A DNA stretch of 64,000 nucleotides from IMG/VR virus record IMGVR_UViG_2939127364_000001; one strand, given 5' to 3'. The notes beneath the pieces are model-generated. The model saw only the letters and a list, made by a program, of their open reading frames with translations, was not told the DNA's origin and searched no databases. The position numbers and the translations under genes are program-made. This document shows, piece by piece, positions 10,164 through 19,800 of this stretch (positions are counted from its first letter, which is position 1; the number at the start of each line of letters is the position of its first letter). This stretch comes from a virus. Lineage: Duplodnaviria; Heunggongvirae; Uroviricota; Caudoviricetes.

Positions 10164-10335
10164 TTAGACACTTCCGAGCCGTTGATAATACTGGTTTTCA
10201 TATTCTGTCGGTGACATCTGATCGCTGGAACCATGCCGACGCTTACTGTTATAAAACATTTCGATGTAATCAAAAATATCGCTGCGGGCTTCTTCCCGCG
10301 TTCCGTAGATCTTTTTCTTTATCCGTTCGCGTTTC
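10164..10335 (-). pseudogene. IS3-family transposase C-terminal remnant
   Basis: Minus-strand frame ...WLKRERIKKKIYGTREEARSDIFDYIEMFYNSKRRHGSSDQMSPTEYENQYYQRLGSV-stop, typical of the C-terminus of IS3-family OrfB; no intact upstream transposase. Confidence 0.5.
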
Positions 10336-10469
10336 AACCAGCAAACAGTAGATGAAAACTACAGATATACCTGTAGCCACTGCCATCAGATAGAGTTTGA
10401 TCATGTGTTTTCCTATGTGGCTATTGTGTGTAGATGATAAGTAGGTGCTTATATATTTTCAAGGTATAA

Positions 10470-10487
10470 AGGCGTCCATTCGGACGC
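10470..10487 (-). terminator. Hairpin downstream of recA (weak terminator)
   Basis: GGCGTCC-ATTC-GGACGCC hairpin 8 nt after the recA stop; T-run on minus strand is weak. Confidence 0.35.
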
Positions 10488-10494
10488 CTGAAAA

Positions 10495-12834
10495 TTAATC
10501 TTCTAATTCATCTGTCGGTGATGTCTTCTCGCGCCTGTCATCTATTGCCTGTAACGCAGCAATGATTTCAGCTAATGGCTTCTCCCGGTACATCTCGACG
10601 ATCTGTGATTTGGTGTATTTCTTCTCGCCAATTTCCACACGCCCGCTGGCGCTCTTGGGCAGGTATCCTTCCTCCAGCATGTATTCGACCAGAGACTCGA
10701 CGACGTCCAGCCCGCGAGTCGGGTCGAAGTAGAATTTCCATGAGCATTTGCCAAACGGAGGCGCGACTTTGTTTTTAATGCACTCGGCGCCAACGTCCTG
10801 TCCGATCTTCTCTTTGCCATCCTTCATGACGGATGCACCCAGACGGATGCGCACCGACGCGTAGAACTTCGGAGAGTCGCCACCCGGAGACGTAGTCGGA
10901 TCGCCAAACATCACACCAATTTTGGTACGCACCTGGTTCAAGAAGATGATGCACGCGTTGTACTTACGCGCCCAAAGCGCCAGAGTAGGGAAGTTCGCAC
11001 TTGTCGCGCGCGCCAGCGCCGTGTTGTCGTTCATGTTCAGCTGATCTTTGTCCTTCGCAGTGCCTTCTGCCATCTTGTCGAACTTCTCAGCCTTCGAGTT
11101 CGGAACCATCGACGCCAGAGAGTCGGCTACGATGCAGATAGGGGCTGTTTCCGGAATAAGCTCTTCGTCGCGCACCAGCTTGAGGATTGTGCCGATCAGC
11201 TCTACGGAGTCTTCGAAGGTATCCGGCTGTTTGTAGACCCACTGACCGTCGTCTTCGTCGGCGTTCAGTCCGTTCGCTACCGCCAGACCAACGTCGAAAC
11301 TGTTTTCGTGGTCAAGGAATACGGCCAGACCATCCTGTTTTTGTGCTGACACCATCGCAGCCGTCGCGAGGAATGTGTTGTGGCTGATAATCCCGTTAGA
11401 CCAGAAAGAGTGTGTTTCCGGCATCGCTACGTCGAACGTTGGTGCTTCACCTTCCTCAATAGCCACGACTTCGTCGTAGAACAAGTTAGAGTCAATTACC
11501 GCTGCCAGTTGTGCAAACAGATGCTCGTTAAAACGATTCTTTCTGCCAATGAAGGAGACATAGATTTCTCGCAGTTTGTCTATTCCGACACGATCGCCGC
11601 GGCCAATAACGTGATCTACCAGAACGTAGTCTTTACGAGAGGTCTTGGTGAGTGACTCGTAGAGTGATTTCACTAAGCCGCTGATGTGCGGAGCGTAGCC
11701 TAAATAAGTGCGGTCAAAACTAATGTCCCGTTTGGTTGCCACTGCTAAACGAGCCGGAGACTCGAACCCAATCGTTGACAGGAAAAGGTCGTAGTTAGAG
11801 CCACTGAATGACAGCCGGTAATATATGTTTTTATAACCTGCGACGTGTTTTTCAGAGATAGTTGACGTAATCCCCAGATTCAGGAGCATGAGGCGAATTT
11901 GCTGTAGCAGCAGCCCACTCGCGCTCACAACCTCAATGCAGCGACCATCATTGACGTGGCATTCCAGCTCAAAGTAGCCGCGAAGGAATGCAATTTGAGC
12001 CTCGCTATTGGCGCGACGCACACTCAACGGAACCTGCTTGCCAGCAGCTTTCTCATACTCCAGACCATATTCTTTAAAAAGCAGCGAACGCACCTCTTTG
12101 CTAAACAGCACATGGTCTTCCGAGCCGTTATGTTTTCTCGTAACTGGCATCTTGTCTGATACCAGCGAAATGAGGCGGTAGTACTCATCCTTGATGAAAG
12201 GATCTGTGTTAGAAAAATTCACTGAATTTTCAGAGGCCACGTATCCGTCAGCAATTAAATAGCCCATCAGTTTTGCGATATTGGCATCCAAGTGCTGATC
12301 GCCGAATTGATGTGTGCCAACCATTGAAGGAATCGTGTCGCCTACACTGATTTTTTCAGCATGCCGCCAGACGATATTGCCTAAGTCGTCAACCACACGA
12401 ATTGGGTGACGGAACGTAGCCTCGATGTAACCCCCTGATGCCAGCTTAATGCGCTTGAATTTGCGACGGTTGTTCCATGTCAGGTGTGAAGTCTTCTCTA
12501 TCACGCCATTTTCATTGATGAGTCCAACGTTATGCTCTACATCGCGAGTAGTGCATGTTGCTTTGTGCCCCTCAATCTCAAACAACTCTTTCACTGTTAC
12601 CATTCCACGCTCCGTCAGCAGCATGGTGTCTGCGGTAACACATTTCCCCGCGCTTGGTGGCCCGAATACTTCTACGATACGACCACATGGGAAACCGCCA
12701 TCGTAACGACCGGAAATAGCTTTGTTTAACGGAGGAAAGCCTGTGTCAATCCAATGAGTTACTTTCTGAATTTCGTCGTTGCTACCGATTTTCTTTTTCA
12801 GAGCAAGTGCCAGTGCGGATTTTCCTTTTGCCAT
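10495..12834 (-). CDS. recA: RecA-family recombinase interrupted by an intein
   Basis: N-extein GRIVEVFGPPSAGK (RecA P-loop) then Cys; C-extein IFLNQVRTKIGVMFGDPTTSPGGDSPKFYASVRIRLG matches the RecA core; total 779 aa vs ~350 for RecA. Confidence 0.85.
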   Translation of the reverse strand: MAKGKSALALALKKKIGSNDEIQKVTHWIDTGFPPLNKAISGRYDGGFPCGRIVEVFGPPSAGKCVTADTMLLTERGMVTVKELFEIEGHKATCTTRDVEHNVGLINENGVIEKTSHLTWNNRRKFKRIKLASGGYIEATFRHPIRVVDDLGNIVWRHAEKISVGDTIPSMVGTHQFGDQHLDANIAKLMGYLIADGYVASENSVNFSNTDPFIKDEYYRLISLVSDKMPVTRKHNGSEDHVLFSKEVRSLLFKEYGLEYEKAAGKQVPLSVRRANSEAQIAFLRGYFELECHVNDGRCIEVVSASGLLLQQIRLMLLNLGITSTISEKHVAGYKNIYYRLSFSGSNYDLFLSTIGFESPARLAVATKRDISFDRTYLGYAPHISGLVKSLYESLTKTSRKDYVLVDHVIGRGDRVGIDKLREIYVSFIGRKNRFNEHLFAQLAAVIDSNLFYDEVVAIEEGEAPTFDVAMPETHSFWSNGIISHNTFLATAAMVSAQKQDGLAVFLDHENSFDVGLAVANGLNADEDDGQWVYKQPDTFEDSVELIGTILKLVRDEELIPETAPICIVADSLASMVPNSKAEKFDKMAEGTAKDKDQLNMNDNTALARATSANFPTLALWARKYNACIIFLNQVRTKIGVMFGDPTTSPGGDSPKFYASVRIRLGASVMKDGKEKIGQDVGAECIKNKVAPPFGKCSWKFYFDPTRGLDVVESLVEYMLEEGYLPKSASGRVEIGEKKYTKSQIVEMYREKPLAEIIAALQAIDDRREKTSPTDELED
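11377..12642 (-). other. Intein (~422 aa) with LAGLIDADG homing-endonuclease domain inside the RecA P-loop
   Basis: Begins CVTADTMLL (block A), TFRH (block B), LMGYLIADGYV and FLRGYFELECHV (LAGLIDADG motifs), ends ...WSNGIISHN followed by Thr. Confidence 0.8.
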
Positions 12835-12836
12835 GA

Positions 12837-13109
12837 TCAGGCTCCTTTTGTTTCGTTGATTCGTTTTAAAGCGGCGGATTCGTCGAATACAATCGCATCG
12901 TGATTAAGGAGTCTGGATACACGAGCGAGGATTTTTACGACCTGCTCGCTGACTAATCCAAACTCGCGATCTGTCGCTTTCATTCCGGCAGCGCCTAGAA
13001 TTGACGGCAGTGCGATGACAGCGTACTCACCGTGATAAAAGACAATCTCTTTTGCCAGTTGGGTGGGGGTGGTTGTAGCGCCATTAATAATCGATTTAAG
13101 CATTAGCAA
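12837..13109 (-). CDS. Hypothetical protein
   Basis: 90 aa ORF between recA and exonuclease genes, translationally coupled. Confidence 0.4.
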   Translation of the reverse strand: MLMLKSIINGATTTPTQLAKEIVFYHGEYAVIALPSILGAAGMKATDREFGLVSEQVVKILARVSRLLNHDAIVFDESAALKRINETKGA

Positions 13110-14098
13110 TACCTTTCGAATGGAAGAACAAACACTTCAAGGTCTTCAAGGAACGAACGGAAATTCAGCTCGTAGCACAGTTGCTCGAATGCTTTCACGT
13201 CACGATTGCCTTTGATTGTTTCGATTTCGGTAGGCGGAAACTTCGTCTCAATCAGGTTCATTAGCGTGATGTTTCTCTTGAACGCTTCGAGCATTCGACA
13301 GCCTGTTTTCTCGTTGAAGGCATTCTTCGCTAGTTTGTTGAAGGCGGTCTTATGGCGTCCTTTGTCAACCACGATTGAGCCGTCGTTGATGCCGCGTACC
13401 ATCGTTGCGACACTTCCCCATTCATGCAGCAGCTCTTTCGCACCGCCAGCACCAATGCCACCAACACCGCTAATGTTGTCCGATTTATCGCCTTGTAATG
13501 CTTTTGCTTCCAAAAATGCGCGAGGAGTAGCGAATCCTGTCAGCTCCGCAAATTGCTCAAAATTAACCTGCTTGTTTTTGGCGTCTTCGCGCAGGCTTAC
13601 CCAGCTTACGTTTTCGCGAACTAACTGAAGCCAGTCGCTATCGCCTGTTAACAGATAGATGTGTTCAACGGTTGGCTGCGGTGCCATGCGGGATACCAGC
13701 AGCCCGGCCAGATCATCCGCTTCTGCATCTTTTGCAATGAGTTGGGTAACTCCAAGCGCGGTCATCATTTTGAGGATGTATGGCTTCTGGATAGCAAAGC
13801 CTTCCTTCATCTTTTTCATATCAGGATCGTCGTCGCGATTTGCTTTGTAGTCCGGGTAAAAGTCGCGACGCTTGTCACTAAATCCATCCCAAAGAATCAT
13901 AGGTCGGGCATGGAGGATGGAGGCATAACGACGGACGTTCTTAACAAAGCCGAAAGCAGCCTGTACTTCCATTTCGCCGTTGTGCAATTTGTCAGATTGT
14001 TGGTGGTAATAACCCAGGCTATTGCCATCTACGAAGAGATAATTCACCGGTACATTCCTTCCAAAAAGTAAGGCGTCCGTAGACGCCTTACTGGTCAC
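13103..14098 (-). CDS. 5'-3' exonuclease / flap endonuclease (FEN family)
   Basis: 331 aa; acidic metal-binding clusters and a helix-hairpin-helix-like GIGAGGAKEL segment characteristic of T5 D15 / Pol I 5'-exo family. Confidence 0.65.
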   Translation of the reverse strand: MTSKASTDALLFGRNVPVNYLFVDGNSLGYYHQQSDKLHNGEMEVQAAFGFVKNVRRYASILHARPMILWDGFSDKRRDFYPDYKANRDDDPDMKKMKEGFAIQKPYILKMMTALGVTQLIAKDAEADDLAGLLVSRMAPQPTVEHIYLLTGDSDWLQLVRENVSWVSLREDAKNKQVNFEQFAELTGFATPRAFLEAKALQGDKSDNISGVGGIGAGGAKELLHEWGSVATMVRGINDGSIVVDKGRHKTAFNKLAKNAFNEKTGCRMLEAFKRNITLMNLIETKFPPTEIETIKGNRDVKAFEQLCYELNFRSFLEDLEVFVLPFERYC

Positions 14099-14107
14099 GT
14101 AATGGGA

Positions 14108-15136
14108 TTACAGAGAGTCCAGCTCTCTCAGTAGGTCATCCAGACCTTCATCTTCCGTCGCAGATGCGGTTGCTACAGATGTCGCTGCGACTGCTTCAGA
14201 CTCTTTGACTGATACGGCAACGGCAGCGGAACTTGCCTCTGGTTTAAATTCAGTTTCAACGGCACGGAGGATTTCTTCATCAACCAGACTGGTTGGTTCA
14301 GAAGCCGGTGTGTGCGCGGTTGCTACAGCCGTCGCTCCTTCTGTATGACCAGTGACAGAGCCAAATCCAGGTAGTGCCGCAGCCGATGTTTTCGCGGTTG
14401 AGGAAATTGCTGGTGCAGATGCTGCGGCAGTTGGTGCAGCGATGCCAATCAGACGACCCATAGTGCGAACTGTCGACAGAAGACGAGTTTCATCAGCCTG
14501 ATTTGCGTATGCGATCAGATCATGCTGGGTGTTCCAGAATTTATCTTCGATATCGCCTTTGTAGACTTTACGCTTAGGCGAGACGTCATATTTGGTATCG
14601 CGACCAGAGCCAGTACGTTTAATCAGGAATGCGTAGCCTTCCTCTTTGCTCAGTGGATTGCCGATATCATCAGCGATGTCTTCGGTGATTGCTTTGCAGA
14701 TATCATCGAATACAGTAGACGGCAGCTCGATTAACTGGCATTTCTCAGCATCTGCGAAATCCTCACGAGCAGAAAGAATGCCGTTGACCAGGTAGCGAGG
14801 AGTGGCACGCATTTGACCGATGCGTTCTTCCATTGCTTTGTTACCCTTGTGACGAGCGCGACCTTCCATCACCATTTCGCATAGCTGACAAGCGCGACCG
14901 TGAGTATGTTGCTCACAAATATAAGCGTTGGTTGCTTCTTTACCGTCCTCGTTCTGATACTTAACGTAGTGCATACCGAAAGTCTGGAAGAACTTACCGT
15001 TTGGGTCGTCCTTATTCGGGAAGATACGGATATAGTTGACGCCATCTTTTAAGCGAGTCAGATCAACGTTGTTACCACGTTTGGCGGCAATGTCTTCACG
15101 AGTTTTGTTAAGCAAATCAAGTAATGTCTTAGACAT
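14108..15136 (-). CDS. Putative ssDNA-binding protein (zinc knuckle, Ala/Ser/Thr-rich linker, acidic C-terminal tail)
   Basis: CEQHTHGRACQLCE zinc-ligand cluster, low-complexity linker, C-terminus TEDEGLDDLLRELDSL; position in replication module. Confidence 0.4.
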   Translation of the reverse strand: MSKTLLDLLNKTREDIAAKRGNNVDLTRLKDGVNYIRIFPNKDDPNGKFFQTFGMHYVKYQNEDGKEATNAYICEQHTHGRACQLCEMVMEGRARHKGNKAMEERIGQMRATPRYLVNGILSAREDFADAEKCQLIELPSTVFDDICKAITEDIADDIGNPLSKEEGYAFLIKRTGSGRDTKYDVSPKRKVYKGDIEDKFWNTQHDLIAYANQADETRLLSTVRTMGRLIGIAAPTAAASAPAISSTAKTSAAALPGFGSVTGHTEGATAVATAHTPASEPTSLVDEEILRAVETEFKPEASSAAVAVSVKESEAVAATSVATASATEDEGLDDLLRELDSL

Positions 15137-15253
15137 GTGTTTCTCCTTGTTGTGATTTGGCCGATGGCGCTATGCGCGTTGGGCTTTCGTTCATTCGTGG
15201 CTCTTTCGAGCTGTTCAATGATAGATCAGTACTTATTTATTATCTATCAAAAA

Positions 15254-15685
15254 TCAACGGGGAGTAATAAAGCGTTCGGAGCCTAATCGCTCCAATTCAA
15301 CAATGGCCATCTTCGACGCCTGAACGATCATGTCTCGGCGATGCGAAAAGGCGGCGACAGCATGTTTGTATATGTCTGCGATGTGCCGTGCTTCATCCAA
15401 CTTCTGCCGTTTAGACAGATACTGTGGGTTTGTTTTAACCTTAGCGTCCAGTACAGACTCGTTGAACTTAATGCCGTTCATACTCAAGTTCTTACGCTCT
15501 GTGTCGTATAGCTTTGCTTCAACAGCTTCAAGGTTAAGTTTTGCCTCTGCGACATCTCGATCTGCCTGCGCTAGTTTTGACCCATACTCCATTAAAAGCC
15601 GTGGCTGTTTACGCCATACTTCCTCAAGGTTGTCGCGGTCGAACTCCAGATCGGCCATGATTTTAGAAAAAATATCAGTGTTCAC
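15254..15685 (-). CDS. Hypothetical coiled-coil protein (possible recombination mediator)
   Basis: 143 aa, predicted helical; located next to SSB-like and RecA genes. Confidence 0.3.
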   Translation of the reverse strand: MNTDIFSKIMADLEFDRDNLEEVWRKQPRLLMEYGSKLAQADRDVAEAKLNLEAVEAKLYDTERKNLSMNGIKFNESVLDAKVKTNPQYLSKRQKLDEARHIADIYKHAVAAFSHRRDMIVQASKMAIVELERLGSERFITPR

Positions 15686-15892
15686 TCTAATAGGTTCCTA
15701 CTTATAAAATCTGTATCAATTATATCAAACAGAGAACGGGTTTATGGCGTCATGTCAACTTTGTTCAGGGGAAGATATTGAGATCACCGAAGATAATTAG
15801 TTGTCTTATTTTGGTAAGCTGTGCTGACCATCTTTAGGTCACATACATGAGATGGATGGGGTGTGGCATGAGCGGATGAAATTCAGTCGCCG

Positions 15893-15921
15893 TTGACAGA
15901 TGTCAACACTGTGAATAGAAT
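15893..15921 (+). promoter_or_regulatory. Sigma70-like promoter with palindromic -35 (TTGACAGATGTCAA) driving the HicA-like gene
   Basis: TTGACA (15893-15898), 17-nt spacer, TAGAAT (15916-15921), then GGAGG RBS and ATG at 15939. Confidence 0.6.
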
Positions 15922-15938
15922 ACTATTATCGGAGGCGA

Positions 15939-16163
15939 ATGAAGCAACATCCGAATAAGCATATTCAAGCAGCCATTGACTATGCATTAAGTAAAGGCTG
16001 GATCTGGGTAGCAGCTGGTGGTGCTGCACATTGTTTTTGCAGACTGCGATGCGGTAATCCAGAAGGTGAACACAAAACTCACCAAATGAGCGTATGGTCG
16101 ACTCCGGGTAATCCCGAAAACCAAGCCAAACAGATCAAACGAATGGTTGATCGTTGTAAATGA
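15939..16163 (+). CDS. HicA-like toxin candidate
   Basis: 74 aa; ALSKGWIWVAAGGAAHCF resembles the HicA core (G-W..V...G..H.F) as recalled; basic small protein followed by putative antitoxin. Confidence 0.35.
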   Translation: MKQHPNKHIQAAIDYALSKGWIWVAAGGAAHCFCRLRCGNPEGEHKTHQMSVWSTPGNPENQAKQIKRMVDRCK

Positions 16164-16223
16164 TTTCAAGGCGGCATTAGCCGCCTTTTGCAGAAACTGT
16201 CCAACTATCTTCAAAGGAAAACT

Positions 16224-16787
16224 ATGGCGCTTTATAACTTCACTCTGACGCTCTCAGGCGTATCGTATGAGACGGAAGGACTGGAAGACGCGCTGTACCA
16301 AAACGGCTGTGACGATGCGCTAATTTGCGCATATGGAAACTCCGTCTATGTAGAATTTGACCGCGAAGCACAATCACTTGATGCAGCTATCGCATCTGCG
16401 GTCGACAATATTGAATCAGCCGGTATCGGTGCAATTGTTGAATCCGTCGACTCGGCTCTTGTGGGCTTAAGCGATATCGCGGAACTGACAGACCTGTCTC
16501 GCCAGGCTGTGGCGTTGCTCAAAGACGGTAAGCGCGGAAGCGGCGACTTCCCTTGCCCTGTACAACGCATAAAAGGCCAGTCGCCTCTGTGGGATTGGGC
16601 TGATGTGGCTGAATGGCTCATGGATAACGGACGACTTAAAGAGGGCGATCAGATTGTCCAAAATGCCCGAACTTTGAGTAAATGGAATCTGGCGCTTCGA
16701 AACAGCGTCTCGAAAGATTTCAACGAAATAGAGCAAATTGCTGAGAAACTGATTAAACGCCGCAAGGATATTGCGAAATGCGCATAA
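16224..16787 (+). CDS. HicB-like antitoxin candidate with HTH domain
   Basis: Start at ATG 16224 after RBS AAAGGAAAA; N-terminus MALYNFTLTLSG resembles HicB N-terminus as recalled; LSDIAELTDLSRQAVALLKDGKRG HTH-like segment. Confidence 0.35.
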   Translation: MALYNFTLTLSGVSYETEGLEDALYQNGCDDALICAYGNSVYVEFDREAQSLDAAIASAVDNIESAGIGAIVESVDSALVGLSDIAELTDLSRQAVALLKDGKRGSGDFPCPVQRIKGQSPLWDWADVAEWLMDNGRLKEGDQIVQNARTLSKWNLALRNSVSKDFNEIEQIAEKLIKRRKDIAKCA

Positions 16788-16790
16788 TGA

Positions 16791-16820
16791 AACCCGCCAA
16801 CTGGCGGGTTTTCTTTATTA
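16791..16820. terminator. Bidirectional hairpin terminator between HicB-like gene and dnaE
   Basis: AACCCGCC-AACT-GGCGGGTT followed by TTCTTTATT on plus strand. Confidence 0.6.
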
Positions 16821-19800
16821 CTTATTTATCGTCTCCGCGATATCAGCCAGAATGGCCTCCAGTCGCTCTCCTTCTTCCGGTCGGAAGTACAGGATATTCG
16901 GGTTAAATCCGTAGAAGACGGTTGCATCAAGCTCTGGGAAGTACTCCTTACGACCAATCAGATCTGATGGTTTACTCTTATTGTTAAATAGTGCGGTTGA
17001 ACGACTACCACACGTCAAAATGTAGGTTGGTCGTACAAGATTAATTTCTTCCCGCATAAAGTCTGTGAACTGGCCTATCTCGTCTTTGGTATAGTCTTTC
17101 TCTTTGTCCTTAACCTTCTTACAAACACCCGTGACATAAAGATCGCCCATGCGCAGATCTCCAACTGTCAGTAGTTTTGCCTTAAAGTCGTCGTATCCGT
17201 TCTCCATGAAGTAGCCGGTACGAGCGTCATTGCCGTTCGCATTGTCCAGAATGATCATGATTTTGGGTTTAATACCAATAGTCGGGCGTATCAACTCCTC
17301 ACCCAAGCCCATTTCAGCCGCCATACGTGTCATGAGTACGTTGATTTCGGCAGAACGCTTAGGATTCATTTCGAACGGACGTGATGCTTTAACAGCGTCA
17401 ATGATGAGATTGCCCATCAGCTCAGCCTGGTCGCGCAGTCGTTCAGGATCAGTTGCTGGCAGACTGCCTGGCTCAATTGACGCAAAAGCCCCTACTTTAT
17501 GAAGCGACTCGCGTACACGACTGTTACATGCACGCTTCTCGACCGCTTCATCGAATTGTGCCACTGACTCGAATTTGCCACCAACTTTCTCACGCGCACG
17601 CATAATTGCCTGACAACCATTTTCAGAACAGCCTTTCACAGCAGAGAATGGCGCATACAGTGCCTGACTGCCGTCTTCGAGTGTGCGGATCTCAATTCGG
17701 TTAGATGACACATTAACGTCTGGTGGCAATACGCGAATGCCATAGGTCAGCGCATCCTTCACCAGCCCCTGATGCTTATCCTCGCCCAGAATGGTGAGCG
17801 CAGCTGCGAAGAACTCAGCAGGGTAGTGCGTCTTTAGCCACATAGACTGATAACTGATTAAAGAATAAGCAACGGAGTGTGATTTATTGAAGGCATATCC
17901 ACCGAACTTCTCAAAGGCGTCCCATATTTCTTGGGCTTTTTCCTTACTGAGACCTTCTTGTTCAGAGACGATCTCCACGTAGTCTATGCCGTCACTAATA
18001 GCCTCGCTGTAGCTTCTACGCTTACCGTCTGAGCAATCCAGTTTTGCGTGTTTGTGAACCTCTACAGTACCTCCATTTTTGAGTGACAGTGTCACCCAGC
18101 CTGCTTGTGCTCGTTCTACAAAATCGCTGCCGATCGCTTTCATCTTATCCATGTTCTTTTTACCGATAGCGGAACGCAGAGCGTCTGCTTCGGCCATAGA
18201 GAACCCGGCAAGTACTCGGGAACTTTGCATGATTTGTTCCTGATAGAGCAAAACACCATTAGTCTCCCGGGTGACTTCCTCAAGACGCGGATGAATTGAA
18301 TGTGGAGCCATGAAGCCTTTGGCCACGGAGACATAGTCGTCCAACATGCCGGATTGGATCGGGCCAGGTCGGAAGAGCGCGGTCGTGGCGACAACGGTTT
18401 TAAAGCTCATTGGCTCAATGCCACCGCCCAGATCTTTAAGCAGCTTGCGCATGGGGCCGGACTCCAGCTGGAATACGCCCTGCGTGTACCCTGCAGCGAA
18501 CCCATCCAGAACCTTACGATCGTCCAGTGGAATAGCATCGAGATTGATGTCTTCCCCGGTACTCTCTTTGATGTAGCGTTTCGCGCTATCCAGCAGATCG
18601 AGCGTTGCCAGACCGAGAACGTCCAGCTTAATCAGCCCCATCGCCTCGCAGTAACGTTTATCGAACGCAATACAGCGAGCGTTGCCACGCAGCTCGACGG
18701 GCGTGCGCTCTACCAGTGGAACGCCAGCGACGATCATCCCCGCAGCGTGACGGCCAAAACCACGCATCAGGCTTTGTAGCTTACACGCCGCTTTGAACGC
18801 TTCCGGGTTTTTCGTGGCGTATTTGTCCAGGCTGGCCAGTTGCTCGCGCAGCTCTTCCAGAGACAGGCTATCGTCTTCCAGATTCTTGAACTCTTTGGAT
18901 ACCGCCATATCCGCAGCGTCGACACCGTAAATACGCGCAGTGTCTCGCAGCGCAGAAGCGGCGCCCAGATAGGTGAAGTTTGGAATACCGGCAACGTAAT
19001 CTTCGCCATAGCGTTCATTCAGATACTCGATCACCTCATGACGACGTGCCTGGCTGAAGTCCAGATCCGCATCCGGTAAGTCAAGACGTTCAGGGTTGAT
19101 GAAACGCTCAAACAGAAGACCGTGACGGATAGGATCGACGTTGGTTATGCCTATGCACCACGCCACCAGAGAACCGGCAGAGGAACCACGACCTGGCCCG
19201 ACAGGAATGCCAGTTTCACGGCTGTGATTCATCAGGTCGCGCACCATCAGGAAGTAACCACAGAAGCCCAGGCGAGTCAGCGTGTCCATTTCGTACTTAA
19301 GTCGCTCAACATAAACCCTGTTCTCAGAAGCCGGTGGTGTGTATCCAAACTCTTTTGTGGTAAGACGTTTACGCAGCCCTGCAACAGCCAGTTTCATCAG
19401 CGTTGCAGGTTCGTCGTCTGCCATCTTGGGCAGTGCTGGTGGCAATTCATGCCAGCGCCATGTACAGGCTTCGATAATGGAGTCCTGCGTTGTTGAGGCC
19501 ATTGCAGCTGTTACCGGCACATCCATGCGAACGGAGAAGGCTTTAAGCGCCTCAAGGAGATGGCGGCGACCATTGACGGCGTTATCTCGCTGGTGGGGTA
19601 TACGCAGACGATGCGGCTGGTCGATTTTTATGTTGTTCGTAACCATGTGCGCAATGTCTTTAATGTCTGCATCGTCGGTCGATTCGTAATAAGCGGGATA
19701 GAACGCTACTGGCTCTATTTTCAGTGCGCTGGCTACTTTCATCGCTCGGACGTTAATCTGGTCGTAGAATGGGGTAGGGTGCGGATAAACCACGCTATAG

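Noticed and set aside
10267-10404. Small hydrophobic ORF (MIKLYLMAVATGISVVFIYCLLV...) resembling a type I toxin
   Set aside because: It overlaps the IS3-family transposase remnant in another frame and has no recognisable toxin family motif or antisense RNA context; likely fortuitous.
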